56,735 nucleotides of DNA from contig NIVC01004174.1 in NCBI GenBank assembly GCA_002269645.1, forward strand, positions 1 through 56,735. The letters are read 5' to 3'. The notes beneath the pieces are model-generated. The model made no database searches and was not told the DNA's origin. It saw only the letters and a list, made by a program, of their open reading frames with translations. A program made the position numbers and the translations under genes. Shown piece by piece: positions 1 through 12,509 of the stretch. This stretch comes from Macrostomum lignano. Taxonomy: Eukaryota. Numbering within the stretch: the first letter of the stretch is position 1; every line of letters begins with the position of its first letter.

Positions 1-817
1 TTATCTGGTATGTGTGTGTACTGATGGTGCAAGCCACGGTTGGAAAGAAGTGGGACATGTACATTATATGTAATACAGCCTGTGTAGTGTGGCAACTTAC
101 TAGGCTTGGAGTGGCTGGCCGCCACCAGGGCCGCCAGAGCCGCCGCGAGGGCCGCCTCCGCCTCGTGGCCTCGCCCGTTGGTGTTGTAGAAGCTGTAGTG
201 TGGGTGATTGAGGTTGCGAAAGCTCTAAGAACCCGAAACTTTGAGATGCTGAAACTCTCAGAACCTGAAACTCTAAGGATTCGAACTCTAAGAACCCGAA
301 CCTACTCTACTTTCTGGCGGAGAAAGCTCCATCAGAAATAGTTATTTCTAGATCTGTATAAGTATTAAGTTAAATACATACCCTTTGCAGTAGGCTTGCA
401 GCTGTAGCAGCTGCAGTTGCTGCTGAAGCTGTAGGAACTGCCGCACAGCGGCTCTCTAAAAATGTTGAGGGTTTTATTGGTTGTAATTGAATTGAATAAA
501 AACTAGAAAAAGAATAAAAGACTGATGCGATAACTTAATAACTTACATTTCTGTTATAATTTCGCCATTTCCTTCCACCCCGATGGATAGGGGGTGGAAT
601 AAATCTGGCGGCAGCAGGTGGGGCCGGCGGGTGAGATCCGGCAGGGGGGGTGGAGGGCGTGGGTCAGGGATTGGAGGGGGTGGGACGGGGTTGGCGGGAG
701 GGTGAGGCTGAGCAGCGGGGGGGGGTGGAGGCGTGGGGCAGGGCTGGGGCGGGAGGGGCTGGCCTGGAGCCTACAACAGCCGCATATGAGCGGCGAGTTG
801 TAGGCCCCTGGCGGCCG

Positions 818-993
818 GGAGGGTTAGGCGCCGGGGCCGGGGCCGATGCAGCAGGGTTGGGGGGGTTCGGGCGGGCAGGAGGGTTAGGCGCCGGGGCCGA
901 TGCAGCAGGGTTGGGGGGGTTCGGGCGGGCAGGAGGGTTAGGCGCCGGGGCCGGGGCCGATGCAGCAGGGTTGGGAGGGTTCGGCGGGCAGGA
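818..993 (+). repeat. G-rich tandem repeat, 3 copies of a 54-60 bp unit
   Basis: Unit GGAGGGTTAGGCGCCGGGGCC(GGGGCC)GATGCAGCAGGGTTGGGGGGGTTCGGGCGGGCA starts at about 818, 878 and 932; it produces the Gly-rich ORF 650..1051. Confidence 0.9.
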
Positions 994-1693
994 GCTGGAC
1001 GGCCGGACGTTTTTTTTATCGATTTTTTTTGCCCATCTGAAAATTAGATAAATTGAAAATTGAAAATTAGATAAATAATAGTAAATGAATTGATTCTGAG
1101 TTACCTAAGGCTACTTTTTAGAGAGAGGGGGATAGGGGAAAAGATAGGAGAGAAGTGGGTGCATGGGGAAAAAGAGAAAGGAGAGAAATGACAGATGGGG
1201 TGCATGGGAAGATGGGAGAGGGTACGTGAGCATGATAGTGAAGGGAGTCAGTAGAAAGAGGAGAGATGGGGTAGTTGAGAGTCGTGGGAGTTCTAATACA
1301 CAGTTATTCTCTTAAAAAAACAACTACAAGAACATTAAGAATGTATTGTATAGGTAATAAGTTTTATATTTCGTATACATATGTGAGAATTTGGTTATTG
1401 TCTTAAGATACTCCGTAACGTCAGTTAGTAATGACTGATCTAGTCATTTCTAACTAATGATACGGAGCCATACTTTAAAACAATGTAACAGCCACGCCAA
1501 CGGGAAGGCATTCTCGTGTGACCAAAAATATGAGCAACATAAATCAGTGAATTCAACACATACAGTTGCTATCACAGCAATTCTCTAAGATTGCAAGTGA
1601 TTGAATATACTTCAGATAATGTTACTACACACAGCACTTTGAATGACACTTCTAGTGCAAGTGTTGACTATTTAAAGCAAGGAGAATAAAATT

Positions 1694-3235
1694 TTATTGT
1701 AGTGAGTCATAAAAATCATAACTACCTGGGCTTTTTCTCTTTTCTCCTCTTTTTTCGCTCTGTCCATGTTGACCCTGCACGCTCATTGCTGGTGGATGTG
1801 CAGAATTGTACTGGTTTCCTGGCACCAATGTAATTGTAGGAACTGCAGTATTTTGTTGATGAGCAGCTCCAACTGCATAACCTTGAGCTTGACGCTCTGG
1901 AAGATACGCATTGGGTTGAGCTTCCTGTAGCAAAAATTGACTAGCAAACGTGTTGGCTGTGAAATCTAATCCAGCCAGCTGAATGGCCCGCTGTATCAAA
2001 TCTTGCTGACATGCTTGGCTTGAAGCAGGATCTCCAAGGCTGGGGGCAGGAACTTTTTTGAGAAGTGTCAACATTGAACCACTTGCAACGCCGGAATTTG
2101 AATTTCCTGAAACTGGAACGCTGGGATTGGCACTTACATCTGCAGCATGCTGGCCTTGAATGGAATTCTTGGGAATTGTTGAAGCTTCAGATGAGCTTTC
2201 AGAAACTTGAGGACCAACAATTTCATTATTCTGTCCTTGTTGATTCTGCTCACTTTCCTCACTTACTTCGTCTAGGTCTGCCGCAAAACTGTTTTCTTCT
2301 AGAAGCTCATCTTCTAGAAACTCATCTAGAAGCTCATCTTCATTAGCGTGTACTTCAGCTGTTTCCATGCCATTTGAAGATGCACCCAAAGACTGATTAG
2401 TGGCATGATCAGATTCAGCATGAGTACGGAAAACAAGCTTACCTTCATTCTGGATAATGGATTCGAACATCTTAACACATTGGTTCCGGTTTAGCTTGTG
2501 TGGCGGAAGCATGTGGGGTTCAAAGAATCCAGGGCCTTTCTTTTCTGCTGAAGCATTCTCGCTGTCAAAAATAATTTGGCCCCAAGGAATGCTACCTGAG
2601 TCACCAGTTTTGTCTTGGTAAGCTTTCTTAGTAAGTTGACTAAGCGCTGACCGCATGGATCGCACACCTTTCTTTATTATTTCTTCAAAGCCATGCTCAG
2701 AGCTTTGTGCCGCACCTACAGTTTGACTTTGAGCAGCCTCACCTTGAGCTTGACTTTGAGCAGCTGCTTCAGCTTGCTGCCTGCGGAGCTTTTCTTGTTC
2801 ATCAGCATCTCGTCTAAAAACTTTAACAATATTATCGCAATGCTCTTTGAGATCCATTTCAATACGAGCAGGAATATCTTGCGACAAACTGTACTGAGCA
2901 GGTTTGTCCTGGAAAACTCGAATCAGCACATAAGTTTCCTTTCTTGTATCTAAATCTTTAAGCACACGAGAAAAGGGCCTAGGAGCACTTTTAGCCTGCA
3001 TTTGCAGCCTTTTGTATTGTGCGGAATTAGATTTTATTTTTCTGTATTTCTCCTGAAGTTGTCGCGTCCATTCTGAAATAGAAGGTAAGACTACATAGTT
3101 AAGAATGCATATGGTAAGTATGACGGACAGACACTGAGACAACCGCTGAGACTGTGAGACAGACACTGAGGCAGACACTAGGACAGACACTGAGACACTA
3201 AGAGAGGCTGAGGCAGACTGATTACAACCTGCCAA
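1694..3235 (-). CDS. Hypothetical 513-aa uninterrupted ORF, no recognised family
   Basis: 1.5 kb stop-free frame in AT-rich DNA. The middle looks globular and the rest is Q/E/S-rich. The nominal TTG start and SVSV N-terminus come from a degenerate repeat, so the true start is uncertain. Confidence 0.55.
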   Translation of the reverse strand: MAGCNQSASASLSVSVSVLVSASVSVSQSQRLSQCLSVILTICILNYVVLPSISEWTRQLQEKYRKIKSNSAQYKRLQMQAKSAPRPFSRVLKDLDTRKETYVLIRVFQDKPAQYSLSQDIPARIEMDLKEHCDNIVKVFRRDADEQEKLRRQQAEAAAQSQAQGEAAQSQTVGAAQSSEHGFEEIIKKGVRSMRSALSQLTKKAYQDKTGDSGSIPWGQIIFDSENASAEKKGPGFFEPHMLPPHKLNRNQCVKMFESIIQNEGKLVFRTHAESDHATNQSLGASSNGMETAEVHANEDELLDEFLEDELLEENSFAADLDEVSEESEQNQQGQNNEIVGPQVSESSSEASTIPKNSIQGQHAADVSANPSVPVSGNSNSGVASGSMLTLLKKVPAPSLGDPASSQACQQDLIQRAIQLAGLDFTANTFASQFLLQEAQPNAYLPERQAQGYAVGAAHQQNTAVPTITLVPGNQYNSAHPPAMSVQGQHGQSEKRGEKRKSPGSYDFYDSLQ

Positions 3236-3584
3236 GCCTACTGACTGATTATGACAGTTTTCTGAAACCTCTACCGGAGACTGAGACAGACACTAGATAG
3301 ACAGTTTTTAAATAAGCTATTCTAGTACTGCTTAAATACTACTAACGCTGATTTAAGTAGCATCTGTCGTTTTATCTAAGCAGATCATATTACTGCTTGG
3401 AAATAAATATTTAATAAAACCTGAAAATGACGAATCGAGGTTACACTTGTGTCTGGATTAAAAATCTTGCGCTTCAATTTCTTCCTTATTTAATGATCAT
3501 AACATAGAGTTTAAAACAGTAGAGCTCAGTTGTAGAGGTTTCAGAAAAGTGTCATTATCAGCCAGTAGGCTTGGCAGGCCGTAA
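3222..3584. repeat. 53-bp imperfect inverted repeat pair (MITE-like)
   Basis: 3222-3274 (TTACAACCTGCCAAGCCTACTGACTGATTATGACAGTTTTCTGAAACCTCTAC) is the reverse complement of 3532-3584 with about 5 mismatches. Confidence 0.8.
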
Positions 3585-6049
3585 TAAGTTAAACAACAGC
3601 ATTGCACACTGGTTCAATTAATATTAAAAGATAGTACTTAGGAATGCTGTTCAATGCAACCAATTGAGTTCAATTTCAGCACACCAGCAGCCAAAAAGGA
3701 GCTATAGGTTCAGGGGATTTCCCCTACCCAGACAATTTCTTTTGCTGTGCCAAAATGGAGCAATGCAGGAAAATTTTTGTTGTTGAGGAAAATATCCCTT
3801 TGGTACTTAGTAGTTCTACTGTTAAGATGGCCTCTGTGCAATCAGGTTTGTGACAAAAAAATCTTTTGTCTCTTATGAGGATTTGTTCCCATTGGGATGA
3901 GCACTTAAAAGCTTAATCAAATCACATGTATAAAATACTTACTGCCAGCATGTTCTTCACGAAGAAACTGATGCGAAGGATTTCCAACCATCTAAAAAAA
4001 TTATTGTTGAAGCGCCAATATAATGTAATCCTTTTTTAAACTTGGAAATTGATTGGAATCTTTCTACTATTTTGAATGCATATGTCAGTTGCAGATCAAG
4101 GATTTCTGCTTGGGGGGGCAGCAGCAGGGTCTAAACTGGTACCAAAACCAAAAGTGCCACATAGCGCCAGAAAGCTGCCATTTTGCTATAAAAATAAAAA
4201 AGTACCATTTGTGTGACAAGTACGAGTAGATTAAGTTTGACAAACTATAGCAGTGGGGGCAGATACCTAAATCCACACCTACCATAGGTACTTAAGAAGT
4301 TTAAAAAATTAATGACATTTGCAATGACAATCTGTAGTTTGAAAAATTGCCATCGAAAGGCAATTTTGCTGACATAATTTAATTATATGATTATTGTCTT
4401 TTTTCAATCTTAGATAGTTTGATTGCCTGGCCTATGCCTAGCTCAGCTTTATACAAAATGTTCTATTATGTTCTATTGAAGCCTTTTGATTGAGCCTGTT
4501 GGTGCCTCTAAAGGATACAGTTTACAGATTGATGTGTTGCTTGGCATAAAATCTTAGCTGATTTTTTACTTCTAGTATGGTATCGTGGCATTGCCATGGG
4601 TTTGATTTTCTATTCAGAGGTGTAGGACCATATAAAAATCTTGAAATTTATTTAGACAGTTCCGTAGGGTACATGACTAAGACAGTTACATACCAGGACA
4701 GCTGCAACTTCAACTTAAGTTTTAAATTTTATTTAAAACAAGCTAGTCTCATTTTTTTTAACTCATGACAGGTATGTTGGTTTGAAGAAGGCAAATTTTT
4801 TATTTGCTTTAGTTTTAATTATAAATATAATATTGTAATTTGTACATTTAACTTTCACCTATTTGGCATAATAAACTACACCTTTATAAATCAATTACTT
4901 CTAATTATTATTTTAAAGCTGAAGTAGTCAACTGTCAAATTGGCCTGCATAAGAAAAGCAATGAAACATATACTCGTAGTACTAACATCTGTAATAATAA
5001 CTGAAAAAGCACTTTATTGTTGATTATCCATTGAATATTTTAGAAAATCTTATCTGTGAGCCAGTGGCTGTCTTAGTGTGTCGCTAGCTTGGTCTTATCC
5101 ATTGCTATAAACTACTGCTAAAGTAAGGAGTCTTTGAAACCATCTCCTAATACTAAAGCTGACGTTTCAACTAAAAGTAATAGGCACCAAGAACCACAAA
5201 AATAAATGTTGTAAGACCAAGATGGTCACACACCAAGATAGCCACAGCATTGAATCTCTCTATTCTTTTCCTCTGTACCATCAATTAGCAACTCAATAGC
5301 TATTGTAATATTAACTAATATGTTTAATACTAATGGTAGGCTCAGGTAGACTCCAAAAATCAACTTGAAACTAATTACCTATAATAAAAAAATAAAATCT
5401 TTTTCTGTGTTTATGCCAATTTATTCCCTATCATTGCATTGGTCAAATCTATCTATCACCATTAGTATTAGTTTATTAAGAAACCATTGCTACTAGTAAT
5501 GCTATTCAAAAAAGGATATAAATGCAACAAGGTATGTATTTTGTGCTAGGTTGCATGCTTTACTTAGTAGATAAATATATATAGGTCAGGCTATAATAAA
5601 AGCTAAAGCAAAAGGAATGTTCTTAATTCAAAATAATTCTATTATAGCATCTATTTCTCAAGACTGAAAGATCTATCTATATGATGTATATCTAATACAG
5701 ATTAATACCAACAAAAAATGATTATCTATTTATACATTTAGGGCTGCGGCCATCTTGGTATGTGGCCATCTAGGTCAAGCGCCAAATAAATATGTGTATT
5801 TATTTCGTTTATTTACTAGTCAAAATAATCCCGTGCATGCACGCCTGCTCGTCAATTTCTGAAGTTAAAAACTTCTGAAAAATTATCGCGTGTATGAATT
5901 AAAAAGAAAAACAAATTTCTAGTCAGATAGCCCAATATTTAGGTTAATAAAAACGGTAACACCACAAAGACACAGACAATAAATATTTTCCATCGCATAA
6001 AACTACTATACAAAATTAATGCGCGAGTACCATAAACTAACTACTAGTA

Positions 6050-6273
6050 CACCTTTTCACGTTCAATTTTGAACAAAGTCCAGTTCTAAAAAAACTAGCG
6101 GAAATTCAATTCAGACAATTCAGACTGGGGCAACAAAACCCAGTTCAAAACATTCTGCTACGGAAGCGAGGTTTAGCCATAGACAAAATTGTCCCCAGTC
6201 TAAATTGTCTGAATTGAATTTCCGCTAGTTTTTTTAGAACTGGACTTTGTTCAAAATTGAACGTGAAAAGGTG
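6050..6273. mobile_element. MITE with long TIRs flanked by TA (Tc1/mariner-type)
   Basis: Arms 6047-6130 and 6193-6276 are 84-bp inverted repeats with 1 mismatch. Ends read TA|CACCTTTTCAC...GTGAAAAGGTG|TA. No coding capacity. Confidence 0.85.
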
Positions 6274-7974
6274 TACAACGTTAAAATATAACTCTCATAG
6301 ACATGACTCTTAAGAGAGATAAGACTAGATCTACACAAAAATCTATGCAGTGAACAAAATAAGGGCAAAGCCCATAAGTTAAAGTGGAATTGCTATCGCA
6401 TGTAGATAGCAACCTAGTGTCCAGTGTCCTTTGATCGTACGAGTAAATTAATTTTTTAATTTTGAATTTAACGAATGTGAGATTTTTAATTTTCGCGTCA
6501 ATTTGAATTTTGTTTAAATTTTTAGTTTGTTTTAACTTCGTGTTGAAATTCAAAACTTATTTTCTCTGTCTTTTTCGCATAATATTTACAAACGGATGCA
6601 GTATATATTAAATGACAAATACAAGTACAGAGGCGATTGATTTTATGCCTTTATCAGACATCCACAAATTAGAAAAACAGCACTTTGTGAATTAGGAAAT
6701 TGGAAATTGGAAATTGGTCTGTCTATCACTTATCAATAACTCGTTTGGTATACCTTATTTTGCTATAAAAACGTTCAGAACGAAAATGTGCCTCGCTTCT
6801 TGTGCCTGTATTATTCTTCTTTGACCAAATTTCCACTAAATTTAGGAGCATAAAAGACTATAGATTCGTAGCATAATGCAATTCTAAGCTAAGCTAGACA
6901 TAATAAAAGAAAATATAATGAGTACAATGCAATTTAGGACCAACCGGCCACGTTTGCTTACCTTTGGGATAAAATAAAGATAAAAAGCTTAGGATTAAAA
7001 ATCTCTGAACCTTAAGGTTAAACTGATTCAATTATAGTTTAATAAATGATAGGTATTGAAAAGTCGGATACTATTAGTTGAATGAAACGCGTTAAGTATT
7101 GAAAGATTGCAATTCCTTGCAGCTAAAACGAAACGCGTTCTGGGAGTTTTTTAAATTTGGAAGAGTTGGGAAAGACAAAGAGCCGTCTTCATCCAGCATA
7201 CATTAATATACGAGAAATGAGTCACGGATGTGCAGCGTTTTCAGCTAGCTTCATTGCTAGTACAGTGCTAGTACGCTAGTGCGCACTACCGTCCACACTC
7301 ACCCCACACCCACCCCTCTCCGCTTGTGGGCTGGCTTCCGCTAAGGGAGCCCATCCCACCGTGGGCTGGGTACCGTTAGCGGGCTATTTTTTGCGTGGGA
7401 TGGGTCCCGCTAGCGGGAAGCCGTTAGGTGGGCTACTGGCTTTTTTCCTTCCCTTTTCTCCACTTTCGTTCTCCTCACCTCACAGTTGTACGCTTCGCTG
7501 ATACAGAAGTACGCTTAGGACTGGGGGCAGACAAGGAGGGGATCACGACGGGTTGGACGGAGTGGAAAAACCCCCTTGTTGGCCCCCGGTTTCAACCGGT
7601 TCTCCACGCGAGGAAGGCCAAAACCTTCATCTCTGCATGCCTCTGCGGCCAATGAGAGCGCAAGAGAGAGACACAGATAAGAGAATGCGAGGGATAGAAA
7701 ATAGAGCGGGGGCCGTTCATTTTTTACTTGCGTGCGCCTCAAGCCGTGCGTGCGCGCTATTTAGCCTAAAAAACTCCAGAGCAAGAAGTCTGCAAAGCCA
7801 GTCATAGTAAAGTAGGGCCGTGTCCTCGTTTTAACGGCTTCCTAAGCGTCTCTCTGTCCGTCCGACTTCCAAGAGTTAATTTCTGCAACCGACCTTGACC
7901 TGTTTTCCTTCTCTCTCGGTGTTGAGGAAGATTTCCGTGGATCGACCGTCGTTCGAAAATTCAAATTCTATTTG

Positions 7975-9794
7975 GTAAGTGAGCTCACTTAGTATCGTAA
8001 TTTGCAGTGTTTACTTGAATTGAAATGATACTCAACCGAATTCTTTTCCTTTCTGGTCCTGTCATGTTGCATATCATTAATAAATTATTCGATCATGTTT
8101 CTGGCTTGCACTAACTACCGGCTATCATTAAATTCTGTTGTTCGGTCTGGCTCCTGACCTGGATCGGTCAAACAGTCTGCTAGCCAAATGCCTTGCAGAT
8201 GAGATAACAGAATGGTTGACAGTACAACAAGCTCAAACTAAAAAAACTTCGAAATTTCAATTTTTATAACACCTGATAATACCTGACCTGTAGTATTTTG
8301 CTAGAGTGTGAGCTGGAATGCTTGTGCTTGAGTATATATATGCTATATATAGAGGTGCGTTAATTTGGCTGAGATTTTTATTACGCCAAACGGAAGTCGC
8401 GCTGTAATTTTAGTGTGTATTGTATATGTACATTGTTGTTGCTGACCCGAACTTTAGACTCAGAAGATTTGGTATAATGTGGAAGAGAGTCAGTTTTTAG
8501 CTGTGGAATTTAAATCGATATGAAAGATTGATAGACCCCCGGTTGGATTTCATGTCCATTTTTAAAAAGCATTTGCTCCAGTCCCAGCGCTCTGTCACGT
8601 GCTGTCCGCATTATCTAGCTAGATTTGTCTGTCTGTCAGTCGTGGAGCACGTTGGCAGAGCGTGCTGCTTCCTGTACTCAGAGTGCGTGCGTGCGAAGTC
8701 TTTGAGAACTCCCGCGATTACTTTACTTTAGCCTCGAATAGGTTCTCAGTGAGGTAGGTGACAGAGACAGCCCCCTCTTCACCCCTCTGTCCTGAATTCA
8801 AGTTCAAAGGAAGCCCCTGGCTGCTTGAGCTGAGTACTTGGCTTTTCTTGCTTATACCTTATCTTCAAGCTGCAACTCCCAATATCTTTAGACATGCAGG
8901 CGTAGTTTAGTAAGCGAAAAATAATGCTTTGAAAGTGAATGAAAAGCAAGGCTGCTAGGTTAGGAACTTAGGTATGAAAGCTTGCAGTCAGTTGTAAGAG
9001 GAAGCTTTCAAGAGATTTTACGGCGAGTTTGAACAGAATAGAATACTTGTAGTGTATCATAGTTTATAAGAAAAGCTCGGCTCGTATTCTCCCGCAGTCC
9101 CGCGCTGCTTTCTCGGCAAAAGTCAAAGCATCAAAAGTCCACGAATATATTTAGTAAGGCCTCTTTTATCCGACAATCCAAGGCCCAAGTGAGAGCGGAG
9201 CGCCCTACGGTGCGTGATGGGTAGAAACACGACCGTGACTATTGAATCGTAACCGAAAGCTGGATACAAAGAGAGTCGAAAGCAGCCAGCTTCCATAGAT
9301 CCATAGCTAGCTGTAAGGAAGAGAGAGAGTGAATGTTGCTGGAAAAAACCAATCAGCCAGAGATTAATGAGCCCTTGGGAGAACTCTTCGTGTCGCGCGC
9401 CAGTATAGAGGAAAATATTCAGGACTGCACTTCTGTTGGCTACCTTAACTAGTGGTCGATCGTTTCTTTTAACAAGCGCTATCGTTTGCCTCTTGGGGTT
9501 TCATCATGGTTTTCCCATCGTCAGTTATTAATCTACGGATATAAAAGCATTTCTATCTGATCTACGAGTACCAAAAGTCAAGTGAACAACTATGACGTAT
9601 TGGGTAGTTTATGTAGCTGCTCGTAAGTCAATCATAACAAAATTAAGTCTGCATCAACACCGACGGATTTCTCGTTCATCATCGAATCGGAAGCCTTTTC
9701 TTTTCCTTCAAGTTGTTTAAAATCAAATAGTTGCAGAATGCAGCAAAGATTGAAGCACTTGTTATAATAAAAGCGCTATTTATAACAATTTTAG
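7975..9794 (+). other. Putative 5' UTR intron of the SLC7 gene
   Basis: Strong donor G|GTAAGT at 7975 after a GC-richer promoter-like stretch; acceptor TTTTAG at 9794, 44 nt before the ATG. The pairing of the two sites is an inference. Confidence 0.35.
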
Positions 9795-9837
9795 ATTGCG
9801 AAAAAAGACATAAACGCGCCAACAAGCTCCATCAGCA

Positions 9838-11340
9838 ATGCCGCTGTGTAAGAAGAAATCTGGTGAGCAGGCCGACTCGGCCGATGCGGCCTCCCCAGTG
9901 CAGCTGCAAAAGAAGATCACTCTAATGAACGGCGTCAGCATCATCGTTGGCTCCATCATCGGTTCGGGGATTTTTGTTAGTCCGACCGGCATCTTCAAGG
10001 AGGTGAACAGCATCGGGGCCTCGCTGCTAGTCTGGGTCTTGTGCGGCGTCTACAGCTTCTTCGGGGCGTACAGCTACGCCGAGCTTGGCACAATGATCCA
10101 GCGCTCTGGCGCTGACTACGCCTACGTCCTGGTGGCCTTTGGGCCCTTCATGGCTTTCCTGCGTATGTGGTGCGAGATCCTCGTCATGCGCCCTTGCTCT
10201 CAGACCATCATAGCCCTCACCTTTGCCAAGTACATCCTGGAGCCATTTTTCACCGGCTGCCAGGCGCCGATCATCACCGAGAAGTTGCTAGCCGCGCTCT
10301 GCTTGACAATCTTGACGGCCGCTAACTGCTGGAGCATCCGCGCCTCCACCTGGATTCAGGACATCTGCACCTGGGGCAAAACGCTCGCCCTAATTATCAT
10401 TATCATCGCCGGCTGCGTCCAGGTCGGCCGAGGCAAAGTCGAGTTCTTCGAGGAGCCGTTCGCCGACTCGGTGATGGGCGTCGGCAACCTCGTGCGTGCC
10501 TTCTACTCTGGCCTGTTTGCCTACAACGGTTGGAATTACCTGAACTGCGTTACTGGCGAGATGAAGAACCCGCAGCGCGACCTGCCCCTGGCAATCTTCA
10601 TCTCATGCGCCATCGTCACTGTGGTGTACGTCCTGGCCAACGCCGCCTACTTCACCACGGTTCCAGTTGCCGAGTTCGTGACCACACCGGCTGTTGCCAT
10701 CCTGTTTGCTAAGAAAATCTCCGGCTTCCTGGCCGCCGTCATGCCGATCTTCGTGTCCCTGTCTACATTCGGCGGTGTGAACGGCGTCCTGCTGACCACG
10801 TCCCGGATATTCTTTGTGGCCGCCGAGGAAGGTCAGATGCCCAGCTTTCTGTGCATGATCCAGCAGCGCCTGCTGACCCCGCTACCCGCTGTGCTGCTGG
10901 TGGGTCTCATCTCGCTTGTCTATCTCACCATTGACGACATCTACGTGCTGGTGAACTACATGGGCTTCGTAAACTGGCTGGCCATCGGCCTGTCCGTCTC
11001 CATCGTGCTGTACCTGCGCGTCAAGCGGCCTAACGATCCGCGCCCGATTCGCGTGCCAATCATATTCCCGATTGTGTACACCATGTTCACCGTGCTGCTG
11101 TGCGCCAACGCCTTCATTGGAGCCTTCTGGGAGTGCGCCATGGGCGTGGTGATCATCCTGACGGCTGTGCCGGTTTACCTGATCGGCGTGGCCTGGACTA
11201 ACAAGCCGAAGTCTCTGCTGCGCTGGACCTCCGATCTCACTCGCCTAGTGCAGAAGGTGTTCCTGGTGCAGCTGCAGGAAGATGGAGGAGCCAAGTCGGA
11301 AGCTGAGAAATTGGTTGCGGCCGAAGAAAAGGAGGCTTGA
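9838..11340 (+). CDS. SLC7 family L-type amino acid transporter light chain (LAT/y+LAT-like), 500 aa, intronless CDS
   Basis: Motifs GVSIIVGSIIGSGIFVSP, YAELGT, GADYAY, FAYNGWNYLN, NPQRDLPLAI, STFGGVNG, RPIRVP; about 12 hydrophobic segments; extracellular Cys (TGCQAP) typical for the SLC3 heavy-chain disulfide. AATAAA at about 11824. Confidence 0.95.
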   Translation: MPLCKKKSGEQADSADAASPVQLQKKITLMNGVSIIVGSIIGSGIFVSPTGIFKEVNSIGASLLVWVLCGVYSFFGAYSYAELGTMIQRSGADYAYVLVAFGPFMAFLRMWCEILVMRPCSQTIIALTFAKYILEPFFTGCQAPIITEKLLAALCLTILTAANCWSIRASTWIQDICTWGKTLALIIIIIAGCVQVGRGKVEFFEEPFADSVMGVGNLVRAFYSGLFAYNGWNYLNCVTGEMKNPQRDLPLAIFISCAIVTVVYVLANAAYFTTVPVAEFVTTPAVAILFAKKISGFLAAVMPIFVSLSTFGGVNGVLLTTSRIFFVAAEEGQMPSFLCMIQQRLLTPLPAVLLVGLISLVYLTIDDIYVLVNYMGFVNWLAIGLSVSIVLYLRVKRPNDPRPIRVPIIFPIVYTMFTVLLCANAFIGAFWECAMGVVIILTAVPVYLIGVAWTNKPKSLLRWTSDLTRLVQKVFLVQLQEDGGAKSEAEKLVAAEEKEA

Positions 11341-12509
11341 ATGAGTAGTTTCTTGGAAAATGCTAAAACGCAGTCGGGATGGAAAACCGCCTACAGTGTG
11401 TGCAGAAAAATAGTTAGAATTATTAATTAAAACTTGAATATGAGTAGCTTTGCGGTTAGAGTTCGTTCACCAGATCATTTTTAAATATCATCTTTTGTTT
11501 AAGAAAATTCGTGTTGTCTCACACAATTGTTTAAAGCATTTTTTTGTTTTGAGAGTTTAATGCAATGATAAAACCTAATTTAGTTATCAGTCAACTAGTT
11601 CCAACTATTTTGTATTTGTAATGCTTATTCGGGTAGATTTAGTAGCGTCTAATTCATAGATTGATTTCTACAGACCTATCGTTGTGCGAGTTTCAGCTAA
11701 GCAGCTTCTCTTGTCTTTTTGTGTAGACTTTTTGCTTGACGTCCGAGTTTTCAATGCAATGCAGCAGCTGCTGCTCTTGTGCTCACACTACATTTGCCCA
11801 TGCTTGTCCATTATTTTGGCTTCAATAAAAATGCTTGTTGGTTGATGTCCTGGTCCCTGCGAAATGAAATAATCGTCAATATTTTATTGATTAGCTTTAG
11901 CTGTTAAAAATAAAAAAAAATTGTCAATTTTATTTTAACCAAGCACCAACAGACTTTAAATACTCGACTGCCGTATGGCACTAATAATGCAACTTTTCTC
12001 ACCTAATTATGTTTTTTGCCGGGATCTTGAGATTATAGTCTCAGATGATCGCTGTAAGCAGGCAGGCGGCCAACTTGTACTCAGTCTGTACACATTGCTA
12101 AGTATTTCCCTGCTTTACTGTCTCCCCATCTGTTAATCCAAAACTTTATTTAAAAGCTGTTATTAATGATTGAATCTAGCGAGACTGGTCAGTCGCAGTT
12201 CGATTTTATGCTATAATATCAAAATTTATTGTTTGTTATCAATATGTGCAATTTTCATTCCAATCTAATTAATTTAATTGTTCAATATTTAGCCTTCAGT
12301 CTGATATTTTAGCATTATTATTATTAATTATTATTATTATTGCCACTATTAAAAAGTACAACGCCGTCGCTTTGAGCTGTTTTTGCCAATAAAATTTCGG
12401 AGTCTGTTGGCTTTTACTAGCAGCTTTTTGTCCTCTGTAGAGAGCTCAGTTACACCTGCTCTTTTATTTCATTCTATTTCTGGAAATAGAGGGCTAAACA
12501 GATTGGAAA

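Noticed and set aside
573-609. Hairpin TTCCACCCC/GGGGTGGAA followed by CTGG, like a Helitron 3' end
   Set aside because: The CTRR is not followed by the expected T and there is no matching 5' TC end or Rep/helicase evidence.
650-1051. Gly-rich silk/elastin-like 133-aa ORF
   Set aside because: Arises from three copies of a G-rich repeat with a non-ATG start; no supporting gene structure.
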